Shown: positions 27,930 to 39,134 of the stretch, piece by piece
Numbering within the stretch: the stretch's first letter is position 1
How the letters are laid out: every line of letters starts with the position of its first letter
Source of the DNA: Magnetococcales bacterium
Lineage (GTDB): Bacteria > Pseudomonadota > Magnetococcia > Magnetococcales > UBA8363
Direction of reading: 5' to 3'
Length of the DNA: 64,000 nt
Assembly: GCA_015228925.1 (NCBI GenBank)
Contig: JADGCQ010000008.1
Span: 2,249 to 66,248, forward strand
The notes under the pieces: model-generated
Told to the model about the DNA's origin: nothing
Database searches by the model: none
Seen by the model: only the letters and a program-made list of their open reading frames with translations
Position numbers and translations under genes: made by a program

Positions 27930-29804
27930 TCATTTTTTCAAATGCTGTTCAATACGCCTTGCCAATTCAGCGGAAATGCCCGGAACCGACATCAAGGATT
28001 CGGTATCCGCCTCCTGCATGGCACTCACCGAACCGAACTGACGCAACAAGGCCCGTTTTTTTTTCGACCCGATACCGGGTATTTCGTCCAACACGCTGCG
28101 GCGTTGTTCCTTTTGCCGGCGCACCCGGTGAAAACCGACGGCAAAACGGTGCGCCTCATCCCGAATCTTTTGCAATAGCAGCAGAACCGGAGATCCGTGG
28201 GGCAGTATAATCGGGGACTCCCTGCCCTGCAAGAAAAGTCTTTCCCTGCCCGCATTTCTCTGAGGGCCTTTGGCGATGGCGCAAAATGTGATGCCATCGA
28301 TCTGCAACTCTGCCGCCACCGCCAACACCGCATGAAGTTGTCCCACGCCACCATCCAATAAAATCAGGTCGGGCCAAGGTTGGGTAACACCCTCTTCCCC
28401 CTCACCCTCCTTGAGGGACAGCAATCTGCGTTCTAAAACGTCCGCCATCCTTGCGGTATCATCGGCCAGGGAATCATCATCCAACGCATAACGTCGATAC
28501 GCCTCCTTCTGAAATCCCTGAGCCGTAAACACCACCTGGGAACCCGTAGCGTGGGTATCCTGGAAGTGGGATATGTCATACGCCTCAATCCGCTCCGGGA
28601 TCTGCGGCATTTCCAAGATCCGTCCCAGCTCCACCCTGTCTCGACTCTGGAGGCTGTGGTAACCAATACGCCGCAACAACAGTTCTTCTGCGTTCTTTTC
28701 CGCCATCTCCAGCAGTTGCCGCTTTTCCCCCCGCACAGGCCGCAAAAAATGGACCGCCGATCCACGCAATCGTGTCAAAACCTGCGCCAACCACCCCTCT
28801 TCCACCATATCCACGTTGATCAACACTTCGGGGGGTGGCCAAGTGCTTTCCATTTTTCCCAACCCCTGATCAAAACGGTTATCCGGGTTGGCATAATATT
28901 GTGCCAAAAAGGTACTCATGACCTCTTCCAGTGCCACCTCACCCGCATTTTCTGGAAAAAAACTGCGACTGCCCAACAACAGACCACGACGAACAAATAA
29001 AAACAAGGCGATTACCACACCATCCTGTTTTAAAACAACCGCCACATCAAGGTCCAACTCCTTGGAAAGGTTGAGTCGTCTGCGATCCTGCACCTGTTTC
29101 AAACAATGCAGACGATCCCGCAGACGGGCCGCCTCCTCAAAATCCAACGCCTCCGATGCCATCCACATCGCCTTCTTCATATCGCGTTCGATGGCCTTGT
29201 CCCGCCCTTCCAGAAACAATACCAAGTGACCAACGCGGGCTGCATACGCTTCCCCACCTTCGCGCCCACAGCATGGCGCGGTACACCGTTTGATTTGATA
29301 CTGCAAACAAGGGCGGCTTCGATTCGCAAATTGCAGGTCACTGCACTGCCGAATCGGAAAAACCTTCTGTAACCATTTGAGCGTATCACGAACCGCATGT
29401 ACCGAAGGGTAAGGGCCAAAAAAACGTCCCCCCTCCCGGCGTTGGCCCCGATACAATGACAACCGTGGAAAGGGATGCTGATGGTTCAAATGCAGATAGG
29501 GGTGTGATTTATCATCTTTCAACAACACATTGTAGGGTGGTTTGTACCGCTTGATCAGATTGGCTTCCAGGATCAACGCCTCATTTTCGGTCTCGGTGAG
29601 GGTCATCTCCAGTTTTTTGGCCTGTCGCAACATCGCCTCGGTGCGCGGACCGTGACTGCCCGTAAAATAAGAGCTTGTCCGTTTTCTTAGACTTTTCGCC
29701 TTGCCAACATAAACAACCCGTCCCCCCTCATCCAAAAACCGATAGACCCCAGGCCCATCGGGTAAAGACTCTGCCATTTTTTTCAGGTCGTCTTCCAACG
29801 CCAT
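27930..29804 (-). CDS. uvrC: excinuclease ABC subunit C
   Basis: PGVY...YVGKAK GIY-YIG, UVR domain, EAYDISH, LLDGG.GQ, RDEAHRFA, HhH; start placed at MALEDD. Confidence 0.96.
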   Translation of the reverse strand: MALEDDLKKMAESLPDGPGVYRFLDEGGRVVYVGKAKSLRKRTSSYFTGSHGPRTEAMLRQAKKLEMTLTETENEALILEANLIKRYKPPYNVLLKDDKSHPYLHLNHQHPFPRLSLYRGQRREGGRFFGPYPSVHAVRDTLKWLQKVFPIRQCSDLQFANRSRPCLQYQIKRCTAPCCGREGGEAYAARVGHLVLFLEGRDKAIERDMKKAMWMASEALDFEEAARLRDRLHCLKQVQDRRRLNLSKELDLDVAVVLKQDGVVIALFLFVRRGLLLGSRSFFPENAGEVALEEVMSTFLAQYYANPDNRFDQGLGKMESTWPPPEVLINVDMVEEGWLAQVLTRLRGSAVHFLRPVRGEKRQLLEMAEKNAEELLLRRIGYHSLQSRDRVELGRILEMPQIPERIEAYDISHFQDTHATGSQVVFTAQGFQKEAYRRYALDDDSLADDTARMADVLERRLLSLKEGEGEEGVTQPWPDLILLDGGVGQLHAVLAVAAELQIDGITFCAIAKGPQRNAGRERLFLQGRESPIILPHGSPVLLLLQKIRDEAHRFAVGFHRVRRQKEQRRSVLDEIPGIGSKKKRALLRQFGSVSAMQEADTESLMSVPGISAELARRIEQHLKK

Positions 29805-29806
29805 GG

Positions 29807-30583
29807 TCAAACCCGACGAACCGCCCAATAAATCAGGATAACACCGGACAAAATCATGGGGAGACACAACCATTGTCCCATGCTCAACCCCAGAGAAAGC
29901 AATCCCAGATGGGCATCCGGTTCCCGAAAAAATTCAACAATAAAGCGACAGCACCCATAGCCAACCAAAAATGTGCCGAACAACACCCCCCATTTTTGTT
30001 TTTTCCTCCCCATCCACCACAACACCGCAAACAACAACACCCCTTCCAGGAGGGCCTCATAAATTTGGCTGGGATGCCTGGGGTAGGGACCGCCATGGGG
30101 AAACACCATGGCCCAGGGGACATCCGTTGTCCTCCCCCACAACTCCCCATTGATAAAATTACCAATCCGACCCAAAAACAGTCCCACCGGAACCACCGGA
30201 GAGACCAAATCTCCCAACGCCAAACAATGAATATTTTTTCTTTTGGCAAAAATACAGATGGCAATCGCCACGCCGATCAACCCCCCATGAAAGGCCATCC
30301 CCCCTTCCCAAATCCTAAAAACAGCCCATGGATTGGCCAGATAATAGGTGGATTGATAAAAGATGATGTATCCCAACCGTCCTCCCAAAATCACCCCCCC
30401 AAGAATCCAGACCAAAAAATCGCCCAATTCCTCTTTGGAAAGGGCCAAACCCATACGCCGGGCCTGAATTTTCAACAATGGCCAGCCCAATAAAAAAGCG
30501 AGGCTATACATCACGCCGTACCAACGGACCGCAATCGGTCCCACGGCAAAAAGGATGGGATTGATGTCAGGATGTAAGATCAT
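29807..30583 (-). CDS. lgt: prolipoprotein diacylglyceryl transferase
   Basis: VRWYG, GGRLGY, GGMAFHGG, RIGNFINGELWGR, RHPSQIYE. Confidence 0.96.
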   Translation of the reverse strand: MILHPDINPILFAVGPIAVRWYGVMYSLAFLLGWPLLKIQARRMGLALSKEELGDFLVWILGGVILGGRLGYIIFYQSTYYLANPWAVFRIWEGGMAFHGGLIGVAIAICIFAKRKNIHCLALGDLVSPVVPVGLFLGRIGNFINGELWGRTTDVPWAMVFPHGGPYPRHPSQIYEALLEGVLLFAVLWWMGRKKQKWGVLFGTFLVGYGCCRFIVEFFREPDAHLGLLSLGLSMGQWLCLPMILSGVILIYWAVRRV

Positions 30584-31430
30584 CGACCGGGTTTTCCAGG
30601 GAGTTCATGATTTCGGTATAACATCCAAGTATCTTAAAATCGCTTGTAAAAAATGCCAATTCTTCCAATGCCAGCCGACAGTGGGGGTCATCCGGTTTTC
30701 CTTGAAAATCCAGATGAAAATGATAACTCCAATGTTTCCCAGGGATGGGACGTGACTCCAGGCGTGTCAGGTTGACATTATTGGTGGCAAACCCCCCCAA
30801 ACATTTGTATAAAGCAGCCGGGATATTTCGGACCTCAAAAAACAAGCTGGTCTTATGCGGGGCACGGGCATCTGAAGCCAGTTCTTTTTGTGAAATCACC
30901 AAAAAGCGGGTGGTATTGAGGGCATTGCCCTGGATGGCCCGCATCAAAATTTTCAACCCATACAGTTCAGCGCACAATTCCGAAGCGATGGCCGCTTCAT
31001 GAATTTCCTGACGCGCCACCAAATCACTGGCCGCCCCCGCCGTATCATACGCCGAGACCCGGTTCCACCCCCGCTCCCGAATAAATACCCGACATTGCGC
31101 CAATGCCTGGGGATGGGAAAAGACGGTATGAATATCCTCGATGCGGGATTCCTGCAAACCCAGCAGACAATGGTTTACCCGGAGGTAGTATTCCCCCACA
31201 ATATGGAGATGGTGCGCGGCCAACAAGTCATAACTATCACTGATGCCACCCGCCATGCTGTTTTCCACCGGGACAACACCCAGGTGCGCCTGCCCATCCA
31301 CCACCATGGAGAACACATCTTCAAATGTTTTACACGCGACATACTGTTCCCCAGGAAAACATTCCCGACATGCCTGTTCGCTATAGGCCCCTTTCATCCC
31401 CTGAAAGGCGATTCGACGCATACCGTTCAC
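30567..31430 (-). CDS. pheA: prephenate dehydratase with ACT domain
   Basis: FQGMKGAYS, PVENS, SHPQALAQC, NTTRF, LTRLESRP. Confidence 0.93.
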   Translation of the reverse strand: MNGMRRIAFQGMKGAYSEQACRECFPGEQYVACKTFEDVFSMVVDGQAHLGVVPVENSMAGGISDSYDLLAAHHLHIVGEYYLRVNHCLLGLQESRIEDIHTVFSHPQALAQCRVFIRERGWNRVSAYDTAGAASDLVARQEIHEAAIASELCAELYGLKILMRAIQGNALNTTRFLVISQKELASDARAPHKTSLFFEVRNIPAALYKCLGGFATNNVNLTRLESRPIPGKHWSYHFHLDFQGKPDDPHCRLALEELAFFTSDFKILGCYTEIMNSLENPVDDLTS

Positions 31431-31518
31431 CGATTGGCTCCAATTCTATAAGATAGACAACACACCCAGCGCATACAATACCCCGTTCACCCTCTCCAAC
31501 CCAAGGAATCACCGTATT

Positions 31519-32307
31519 TTGCCACCCATCATTCCTGAAACCCACCTGACCATTTGGCCCATCGATCCCCTATCCAAGGAAAAAGCGACCCGTTGGTCCC
31601 TGAAACTTGGTCTACCGCTGGTCGATCATCCCCCCATTTCCTCCATGGACACACCCATTCTGGCCGTTGATCAAGGACGGCTGGAATTTCGCCTGGGGAC
31701 GACCCATCAAAAAGGGATTTTCGCCGAGTTCTCGGCCCACAAGACGCGCATCATCCAACGTCAGGAGGGGAAAAATGGTCTCTTGGCACGCGCCGTCGGT
31801 TTGCGTAAACTATCCTCACCCCGCATCTTAGACGCCACCGCCGGATTGGGTCATGATAGTTTTCTCCTGGCGATTTATGGCTGCCAAGTTCAATCTTTCG
31901 AGCGTTCCCCATGGATTGCCGCACTCCTGGAGGATGCCATGGAACGGGGATATTCCGATCCCGAAACCCGGGAGATCCTGGAACAAAGGATGACACTACA
32001 CAGTGCCGATGCGGTCAATTTTTTGCAACAACCCACCACCACTTCCAAAGTCGATGTCGTCTATCTTGATCCCATGTTTACCAAAAACAAACGTTCGGCC
32101 TTATCCAGGAAAGAGATGCAACTGTTGCGCCTTCTTGTGGGCCAGGATGAGGATGCCCCCCGATTGCTCCATGCGGCACGCGCCTACAAACCGCGCCGGG
32201 TTGTTGTCAAACGCCCCGTGAAGGCCCCTGTCATCGAAGGTAATGCACCGCATTTTTCCATTACAGGAACGACCATTCGTTATGATGTTTACCTCCCGGA
32301 GGTTTGA
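31519..32307 (+). CDS. rsmJ: 16S rRNA m2G1516 methyltransferase family
   Basis: ILDATAGLGHD, VVYLDPMF, RVVVKRP, IRYDVY. Confidence 0.9.
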   Translation: MPPIIPETHLTIWPIDPLSKEKATRWSLKLGLPLVDHPPISSMDTPILAVDQGRLEFRLGTTHQKGIFAEFSAHKTRIIQRQEGKNGLLARAVGLRKLSSPRILDATAGLGHDSFLLAIYGCQVQSFERSPWIAALLEDAMERGYSDPETREILEQRMTLHSADAVNFLQQPTTTSKVDVVYLDPMFTKNKRSALSRKEMQLLRLLVGQDEDAPRLLHAARAYKPRRVVVKRPVKAPVIEGNAPHFSITGTTIRYDVYLPEV

Positions 32308-35300
32308 GTGAGCGATTTGCAACAATGGAGAGCCAGGATGGCGCAACTGGCCCAAATCACGGCAACGACCATGGCCATCGACCGCCATCGTCTGCAACGA
32401 CGCCGTTTTCAGCTTTCCAGGAGACCGCCGACCGAACCCTTGCCATTCCCCGCTTTGGAAAAACTGGAAAAACAGGTTCAGGCCGCCGTTGAACGCCATC
32501 AACGCCGCAACCTTGTCCGGCCAACCCCTTCCTATACCATGGCCTTGCCCATCAGTGAACATCGGCAGGAAATTTCCCGCCTGATCAGCACGCATCAGGT
32601 GGTGGTCATTTGCAGTGAAACCGGTTCGGGCAAAACCACCCAACTCCCCAAACTGTGTTTGGACTTGCAGCGCGGGTCGGCGGGATTTATCGGCATGACC
32701 CAACCCCGGCGCATCGCCGCCCGCTCCCTGACCCATTTTCTCGCCAAAGACCTGGGCTGCGCACCGGCAGGAGAATGGGTGGGATATAAAATGCGCTTTG
32801 ACGATACCGTCCGGGAATCCTCTTTTGTCAAGATCATGACCGATGGTCTTTTGTTGGCCGAACTGACAGGCGATCCCCTGTTACTGCATTATGATACGAT
32901 TATTATCGATGAAGCACACGAACGCAGCCTGAACATCGATTTTCTCCTGGGCTATCTTAAAACAATCCTGTCCAAGCGTCCTGATCTTAAAATCATCATC
33001 AGTTCCGCAACCTTGGATCATGAAAAATTTTCCCGCCATTTTGGCCAAGCTCCCGTCATGGTGGTCCCTGGGCGGACCTACCCCGTGGAGGTGCATTATC
33101 GACCGCTGCAACCTGATCCCGAACAAGAAACCGAGGGTGATCTGGCGGGGGCGATTTTTTCCAGCATCCGCCATCTGCACCGGACAGAAGCCCCAGGAGA
33201 TATTCTGGTTTTCCTCCCCGGAGAATCGGATATCCGGGAGATGTCGCTCCTGTTACGAAAACAATGGCAATCCGATTATGAAATTCTCCCCCTCCATGCC
33301 CGCCTCGCTTCCCGCGATCAAGACCGGATTTTCACCCCTGGGGCCAAACCCCGCATCATTCTGGCGACCAATGTGGCGGAAACCTCCATTACCGTTCCCG
33401 GCATCCGCCACATTATCGATCCCGGTTTGGCAAAAATAAAACGACACCATTGGCGGGGGAGCATCCAACGATTATCTCTGGAAAAAATATCCCGCGCTTC
33501 CGCCGATCAACGCAAAGGGCGTTCGGGGCGTGTTGGTCCTGGAACATGTATCCGCTTGTATACCCAGGAAGATTATGAGGCACGCCCCCCCTACACCGAT
33601 CCTGAAATATTACGAACTTCGCTGGCCGCGACCATCCTGGTCATGCAAGCGCAGGGGCTTGGTCATATTGAACAGTTTCCCTTTATGGATCCCCCTTCCC
33701 CCTCAGCGGTGCAGGAAGGATGGCGACTCCTGGCGGAATTGGAGGCGGTCGATCCCCAAGGAAATTTAACGGAAGTTGGGAAAAAACTGGCTCGCCTCCC
33801 TGTTGATCCCAGGATTGGCCGGATGATTCTTGCGGCCCCACAGCACCAATGTTTGGATGAAATTCTCATCATTGCCGCCGCCCTGAGCATTCCCGATCCC
33901 AGGGAATGGCCGCTCAATCGGTTGGAACTGGCGGAGGAGTCCCACCTCCGTTTCGCCGACAAGAACTCAGACTTTATTATGTTTCTAAATATTTGGTCCC
34001 ATTTAGAAAATCTAAGGAAAACCGCCCCATCGAAAACCAGTTTGAACAACACCTTAAAGGGGGAATTTATTGTTTCCGGGAGAGTACGAGAATGGTGGGA
34101 AATCTATGCGCAACTGAAGAAAATCACCAAGGAGATGGGATATTCCTCGCAACCTGCCCAGGAAATCCGCTATGCAGCCATCCATAAAGCGATTCTTGCC
34201 GGTCATTTCAGCATGGTTGGGCTGAAGAAACAAAAGAATGAATTTTCCGGTTGTCGCGATACCCTTTTCCACATCCATCCAGGTTCTGCATTATTCAAAA
34301 AATCACCCTCGTGGATTGTCACTGCGGAAATGGTGGAAACCTCACGATTATATGCCAGAACTTGTGCCCGGGTTGAACCGGAATGGATTGAAGAGGCGGC
34401 AGGAGCGGCCTGTAAAAAAGAGTATTATGAAGCCTATTGGGACAATAAATTGGGCAAAGTCATGGCGTTCCAAAAAGTTTCCTACGGTGGACTCCCTTTG
34501 ATCGTCCATCGAAAGGTTCATTTTGGCCCCATTGATCCCATCGAATCGCGCCGCATTTTTATCCAAGAGGCACTGGTGGGTCACCGTCTACGGACGGAGG
34601 CCTCTTTTCTTGCCCATAATCGTGAACTGATCCGAGAAATCCGGGATCAAGAACACAAGGCGCGGCGACGGGATTTGCTGATTGGAGAAGCGGAGCTTTT
34701 TGCCCTCTATGATCGGCTTGTTCCGCAAACCACGTATTGCGCCAGTCATTTTTTTAGTTGGTATCTGCATGGCGTCAAGGAAAATCCCCATCTGCTCCAT
34801 TTTGCCCCCCATGAACTGTTACGCCACCATGAACAAGCAACCTTACAGGAACAATTTCCCGGTCATTTATCCATGGCGGGTCAAACATTTTCTTTGGAAT
34901 ATCATTTTAATCCGGGTGCTGGCGAAGATGGGATTAGTGTATTGATTCCCTTAGCCGCTATCCACCAATGCCATCCACACCCTTTTGAATGGTTGGTTCC
35001 GGGCATGTTATTGGAAAAGGTGACCGCTGTATTGAAAGCGTTACCGAAAGCTTGGCGTAAACAACTGGTGCCGGTACCGGAAACCGCCGCCATGTGTCGG
35101 GATCATCTTACCCCCTATGCGTCACAATCGTTGACGCTGGCCCTTGCCAAGGTCTTGCAGCAGCACCGAGGTGTCGTCATCCCTGCCGAAGCGTGGCGCG
35201 ATCTGGTCATTGCGGACCATTTGCGTATGAATTTTAAGGTGATTGCCGATGGTGGCGGCCAGGTATTGCACCAGGGACGAGATTTGGAAGCGATAAAAAA

Positions 35301-36216
35301 TTTATTGGGACCAAAGGCAAAGCAGGAATTCCGCGCACTTTTAACATCGGGCATCGAGCAAAAAGGTGTGACACGATGGACCTTTGGTGACCTCCCTGCG
35401 ACCGTGGAAATTTCCACGGGTGGCGGTATGGTGATCGGTTTTCCAGCATTGGTTGACGAAACTCAGAGTGTCTCCTTGCAGGTGATGGATCATCCGGGGT
35501 TAGCAGAAAAGGCGATGCGTCGTGGGATGATCCGACTGTTTGCCTTGCATCTGCCCCAGCAGATACGGCAGTTGCGCTCTCTATTAACATTTTCGGCGGG
35601 TGCGGTGTTGATTCATCTTCCCACCCAAAAGCGGGGTTCTTTGACCAGTGAGGTAATCGACTTGGTTTTTGACCGTGTTTTTATTCGGGATTCTTTGGCT
35701 GAGATCACCAGCAAGGACATTTTCCAGGAGAGGATACGGGAGGGCCAGGGAAAGGTTTTTCGGGAGGCGGAATTCATACGGTGTTTGATGGAGGAGATCA
35801 TCGATGGGTATCGGATCATTCAATTGTTGATGAAAACTGGAAAATCTGATTCAGGGATCATTCCTGAGTTAAAGGAGCAGCTTGGGGGGTTAATTGGACC
35901 GGAATTTTTGTGGGAAACCCCTTTCAATTGGTTACGGCAGTATCCGCGTTATTTAAAGGCGATTCACAAACGATTGGAGCGGAGGGATTTATCGCCTTTG
36001 AAAGACAGGGAGAAGGGGGCTGTGATTAAGCCTTTTGAGGAGTTGTTGCGGATGGGACAGGTACGTTTGGACAAGGGGGAAACGGATCCTGAGTTAGAAA
36101 CTTTTCGGTGGATGGTTGAGGAATTTCGGGTTTCTCTATTTGCTCAGGAATTAGGGACTTCGGTTCCGGTTTCACCCAAGAGACTGCAAGAACAGTGGCG
36201 GAAGGTTTTTGTATAA
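32308..36216 (+). CDS. hrpA: ATP-dependent RNA helicase HrpA
   Basis: ETGSGKTTQLPK, DEAH, SAT, QRKGRSGR, C-terminal RWMVEEFRVSLFAQELGT. Confidence 0.95.
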   Translation: MSDLQQWRARMAQLAQITATTMAIDRHRLQRRRFQLSRRPPTEPLPFPALEKLEKQVQAAVERHQRRNLVRPTPSYTMALPISEHRQEISRLISTHQVVVICSETGSGKTTQLPKLCLDLQRGSAGFIGMTQPRRIAARSLTHFLAKDLGCAPAGEWVGYKMRFDDTVRESSFVKIMTDGLLLAELTGDPLLLHYDTIIIDEAHERSLNIDFLLGYLKTILSKRPDLKIIISSATLDHEKFSRHFGQAPVMVVPGRTYPVEVHYRPLQPDPEQETEGDLAGAIFSSIRHLHRTEAPGDILVFLPGESDIREMSLLLRKQWQSDYEILPLHARLASRDQDRIFTPGAKPRIILATNVAETSITVPGIRHIIDPGLAKIKRHHWRGSIQRLSLEKISRASADQRKGRSGRVGPGTCIRLYTQEDYEARPPYTDPEILRTSLAATILVMQAQGLGHIEQFPFMDPPSPSAVQEGWRLLAELEAVDPQGNLTEVGKKLARLPVDPRIGRMILAAPQHQCLDEILIIAAALSIPDPREWPLNRLELAEESHLRFADKNSDFIMFLNIWSHLENLRKTAPSKTSLNNTLKGEFIVSGRVREWWEIYAQLKKITKEMGYSSQPAQEIRYAAIHKAILAGHFSMVGLKKQKNEFSGCRDTLFHIHPGSALFKKSPSWIVTAEMVETSRLYARTCARVEPEWIEEAAGAACKKEYYEAYWDNKLGKVMAFQKVSYGGLPLIVHRKVHFGPIDPIESRRIFIQEALVGHRLRTEASFLAHNRELIREIRDQEHKARRRDLLIGEAELFALYDRLVPQTTYCASHFFSWYLHGVKENPHLLHFAPHELLRHHEQATLQEQFPGHLSMAGQTFSLEYHFNPGAGEDGISVLIPLAAIHQCHPHPFEWLVPGMLLEKVTAVLKALPKAWRKQLVPVPETAAMCRDHLTPYASQSLTLALAKVLQQHRGVVIPAEAWRDLVIADHLRMNFKVIADGGGQVLHQGRDLEAIKNLLGPKAKQEFRALLTSGIEQKGVTRWTFGDLPATVEISTGGGMVIGFPALVDETQSVSLQVMDHPGLAEKAMRRGMIRLFALHLPQQIRQLRSLLTFSAGAVLIHLPTQKRGSLTSEVIDLVFDRVFIRDSLAEITSKDIFQERIREGQGKVFREAEFIRCLMEEIIDGYRIIQLLMKTGKSDSGIIPELKEQLGGLIGPEFLWETPFNWLRQYPRYLKAIHKRLERRDLSPLKDREKGAVIKPFEELLRMGQVRLDKGETDPELETFRWMVEEFRVSLFAQELGTSVPVSPKRLQEQWRKVFV

Positions 36217-36228
36217 GCTGTTATCTTT

Positions 36229-38160
36229 TTACAACGCGCTTTCTTGCGACTCCAGCGTGGAAGATAATTCTTCCCATTGACCCATGACGACCGCCAAACG
36301 AGATTCCAAACGGCTATTTTCCGCTAAATCATGCAATAGCTGTTCCTTGTTCTCCTTCGTATGTGCTAGAGGATCGGCCAATTTTTCCCGTATCGTCCCC
36401 AGTGCCGATTCCAACGTCTCGATTTCCTGTTCCAACCGTTTGATCCGGTTACGTAAATCACGAGTCGCCAGATCCATGGTCTTGCGCTGCTGCGCCGCCT
36501 CGCGACGACGATCTTTCTGATTGGGTTTATTCATGTTCGGCGTTTGGGAGGAGGTTCCTTTCTGGCTGGAAATCTGATTGAGATAATCATCCAGATCCCC
36601 CTCCCACAAACGGACCCGACCATCGGCAATCAACCAAAACCGATCACACACCGTTTCCATCAGGTCACGATCATGGGTCACCAAAATCATGGACCCCGAA
36701 TAACCCGATAACCCCTCTTCAAGGGCCGCTCTGGACTCCATATCCAAATGGTTGGTGGGTTCATCGAGCAGCAGCAGGTTGGGACCGGATAAAAACAATC
36801 GCGCCAACGCCAAACGGGCTTTCTCTCCCCCAGAAAGAACCGAAACAACCTTGAACGCATCGTCTCCAGAAAACAAAAATCCCCCCAAAAGTGTTCGGAC
36901 TTTTTGCGTCGGAGTCCCTGTTTTGGCCGCTCGTTGCGCCGATTCCATGATTGTTTCCCCGGCGATCAATGCCTCCATGGCATGTTGGGCAAAATGACCA
37001 CTGGCAACCCGATCACCCAACGTGACCGACCCCCGATCCGGTAACAGCGTTTGGTTGATGATCTTGAGCAAAGTCGATTTTCCCGCCCCATTGGGACCGA
37101 GCAATCCCACTTTTTGCCCACGCTCCAGACTGAGATTGACCTCTGAGAAAACATGAACCGATCCAAAGGTTTTGGCTACATCATGCAAATGCAACATCTC
37201 ACGCGCTGAAGGGGGCGGTTCTGGGAGACGGACCCGTTCCAGATGACGGGCATTGGCGGCGACGGTCACCGTCTCAATTTTATCCAAACGCTTGACCCGG
37301 CTCTGCACCTGTTTGGCCTTGCTGGCCTTGGCGCGAAAACGACTGATGAACCGTTCCAGATGTGCAACTTCCCGTATCTGTTTTTCCGCCAGTTTTTCCT
37401 GTTGCATGAGTTTTTCCTGGCGCATGATCAAATAGCGTTCAAAACCAACGGAGTATCGAACAATACGCATATTTTCGATGGCTACGGTCACTTTTGTGGT
37501 CCGGTTGATAAATCCCCGATCATGAGAGATAATGATATGCGTCGCAGGCGAGGATTGGATAAAACGTTCCAGCCAAGCCGAAGACTCCAGGTCCAAATGG
37601 TTGGTTGGTTCATCCAAGAGCAACAGGTCGGCCCGTGAAAACAACAGACGTGCCAAAGCAATCCGCATCCGCCATCCGCCGGAAAAGGTATCCAAAGGGC
37701 GTTGTTGGTCCTCATTGGAGAAGCCTAGCCCATGAAGAATCATCCCTGCCCGACTTTCGGCACTGAATGAACCCAAAACCTCCAATTGGTGGTCGATTTC
37801 GCCGATTTGTTCCACCAGGGCATCCGGGGGTAAATTCTGTTCCAGGAGTTTTTGGTTCAAGACCTGCCGCTGCCGTCGCAATTGCATCAATTCCGCATCC
37901 CCTTCGAGGGTCTCCTCCAGAATGGGACGTTGGGACGGGGTCAATTCCTGGGCCAGGATGCCCAGTTTGATCCCCCCTGCCAGACGTACCCGTCCTTCAT
38001 CGCACTCCTGAGTACCGGCGATCATATGGAACAAGGTCGTTTTTCCCGAACCATTGGGGCCAATCATCGCCACTTTTTCCCCCAGGTTGATGGTCAGGCT
38101 GGAGGCGGAAAAAAGCGACTTGGAACCAAAACTTTTTTGAATGTTTTCGATGAAAAGCAT
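36229..38160 (-). CDS. ABC-F family ATPase (YheS-like)
   Basis: Twin ABC domains, FSGGWRMR, LSGGEKARLAL, no TM, C-terminal coiled coil. Confidence 0.92.
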   Translation of the reverse strand: MLFIENIQKSFGSKSLFSASSLTINLGEKVAMIGPNGSGKTTLFHMIAGTQECDEGRVRLAGGIKLGILAQELTPSQRPILEETLEGDAELMQLRRQRQVLNQKLLEQNLPPDALVEQIGEIDHQLEVLGSFSAESRAGMILHGLGFSNEDQQRPLDTFSGGWRMRIALARLLFSRADLLLLDEPTNHLDLESSAWLERFIQSSPATHIIISHDRGFINRTTKVTVAIENMRIVRYSVGFERYLIMRQEKLMQQEKLAEKQIREVAHLERFISRFRAKASKAKQVQSRVKRLDKIETVTVAANARHLERVRLPEPPPSAREMLHLHDVAKTFGSVHVFSEVNLSLERGQKVGLLGPNGAGKSTLLKIINQTLLPDRGSVTLGDRVASGHFAQHAMEALIAGETIMESAQRAAKTGTPTQKVRTLLGGFLFSGDDAFKVVSVLSGGEKARLALARLFLSGPNLLLLDEPTNHLDMESRAALEEGLSGYSGSMILVTHDRDLMETVCDRFWLIADGRVRLWEGDLDDYLNQISSQKGTSSQTPNMNKPNQKDRRREAAQQRKTMDLATRDLRNRIKRLEQEIETLESALGTIREKLADPLAHTKENKEQLLHDLAENSRLESRLAVVMGQWEELSSTLESQESAL

Positions 38161-38282
38161 GAAAAAGGGCCTGTAATGAAACCGATGGTGAGGTAGGATG
38201 GGGGGGTCATTCTATGGGAGTGATCTGAAAATGGGCAGGATCAAAATGTATCCATGCAATACAACCGGGAAAATGGTGATCC

Positions 38283-39134
38283 ATGAATCTTACCTCACGG
38301 CAACGACGGGAACTGGATTACCACCGCGATCACGCCAAAACCTGTCGGCAAAATCATCGCCCTTCCGACATCGGGGTGATCACCAATGACAAACGCCGAT
38401 GGTGGAATGGGTATTGGACCATGTACACCCTCCTCCGTCAACGACCGAGTGGAGGCGAAACGGCCCTGGTGGTGGGATGCGGCAAAGGAGAGGACGCCAT
38501 ACTCCTGACTCGATTGGGTTATCGGGTGACCGCCTTTGATCTCAGTCCCGACATGATCGCCCTGGCGCGAGAACTGGCCGATGAAGCGGGGTTATCCATC
38601 GATTATCACGTCATGACGGCGGAAAATCCCGACCTGCCAAGCCACTCTTTTGGTTTAATTCTGGCCAGGGACATCCTGCACCATGTGGAAGTCCCCAGAG
38701 TTTTGGAACAATTGTCACGATTGGCCAAACCCAGTGCCATGATCATGATTAACGAAAATTACACCCACTCTCTGGTCCAAAAAATACGGGATTCCTGGTT
38801 GGTCAATGCCCTCCTCTATCCCCGTCTGGTTTCTTTCGTCTATAAAAGGGAAAAACCCTATATTACGGCGGACGAGTCCAAGTTGAATGAACAGGATCTT
38901 AAAGCATGTCAAAACATTCTTGAAACACCCGATATTCAATTTTTCAATCTGTTCGTAACCCGGATCATTCCCGACAGCCATGTGCTTTTGGCACGCCTGG
39001 ATCGATTGCTGCTCATGATCCTCAAACCCATCGCCCCATGGCTCGCCGGAAGGTTTATTCTGTTTGGGAAGACACGAGCTTCCCCTCCTCCAATTCCAAC
39101 GGAGTTGCAGAAACCCCCTCCAAAACATGGATGA
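38283..39134 (+). CDS. class I SAM-dependent methyltransferase
   Basis: LVVGCGKG, AFDLSPDMI, ILHHV. Confidence 0.85.
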   Translation: MNLTSRQRRELDYHRDHAKTCRQNHRPSDIGVITNDKRRWWNGYWTMYTLLRQRPSGGETALVVGCGKGEDAILLTRLGYRVTAFDLSPDMIALARELADEAGLSIDYHVMTAENPDLPSHSFGLILARDILHHVEVPRVLEQLSRLAKPSAMIMINENYTHSLVQKIRDSWLVNALLYPRLVSFVYKREKPYITADESKLNEQDLKACQNILETPDIQFFNLFVTRIIPDSHVLLARLDRLLLMILKPIAPWLAGRFILFGKTRASPPPIPTELQKPPPKHG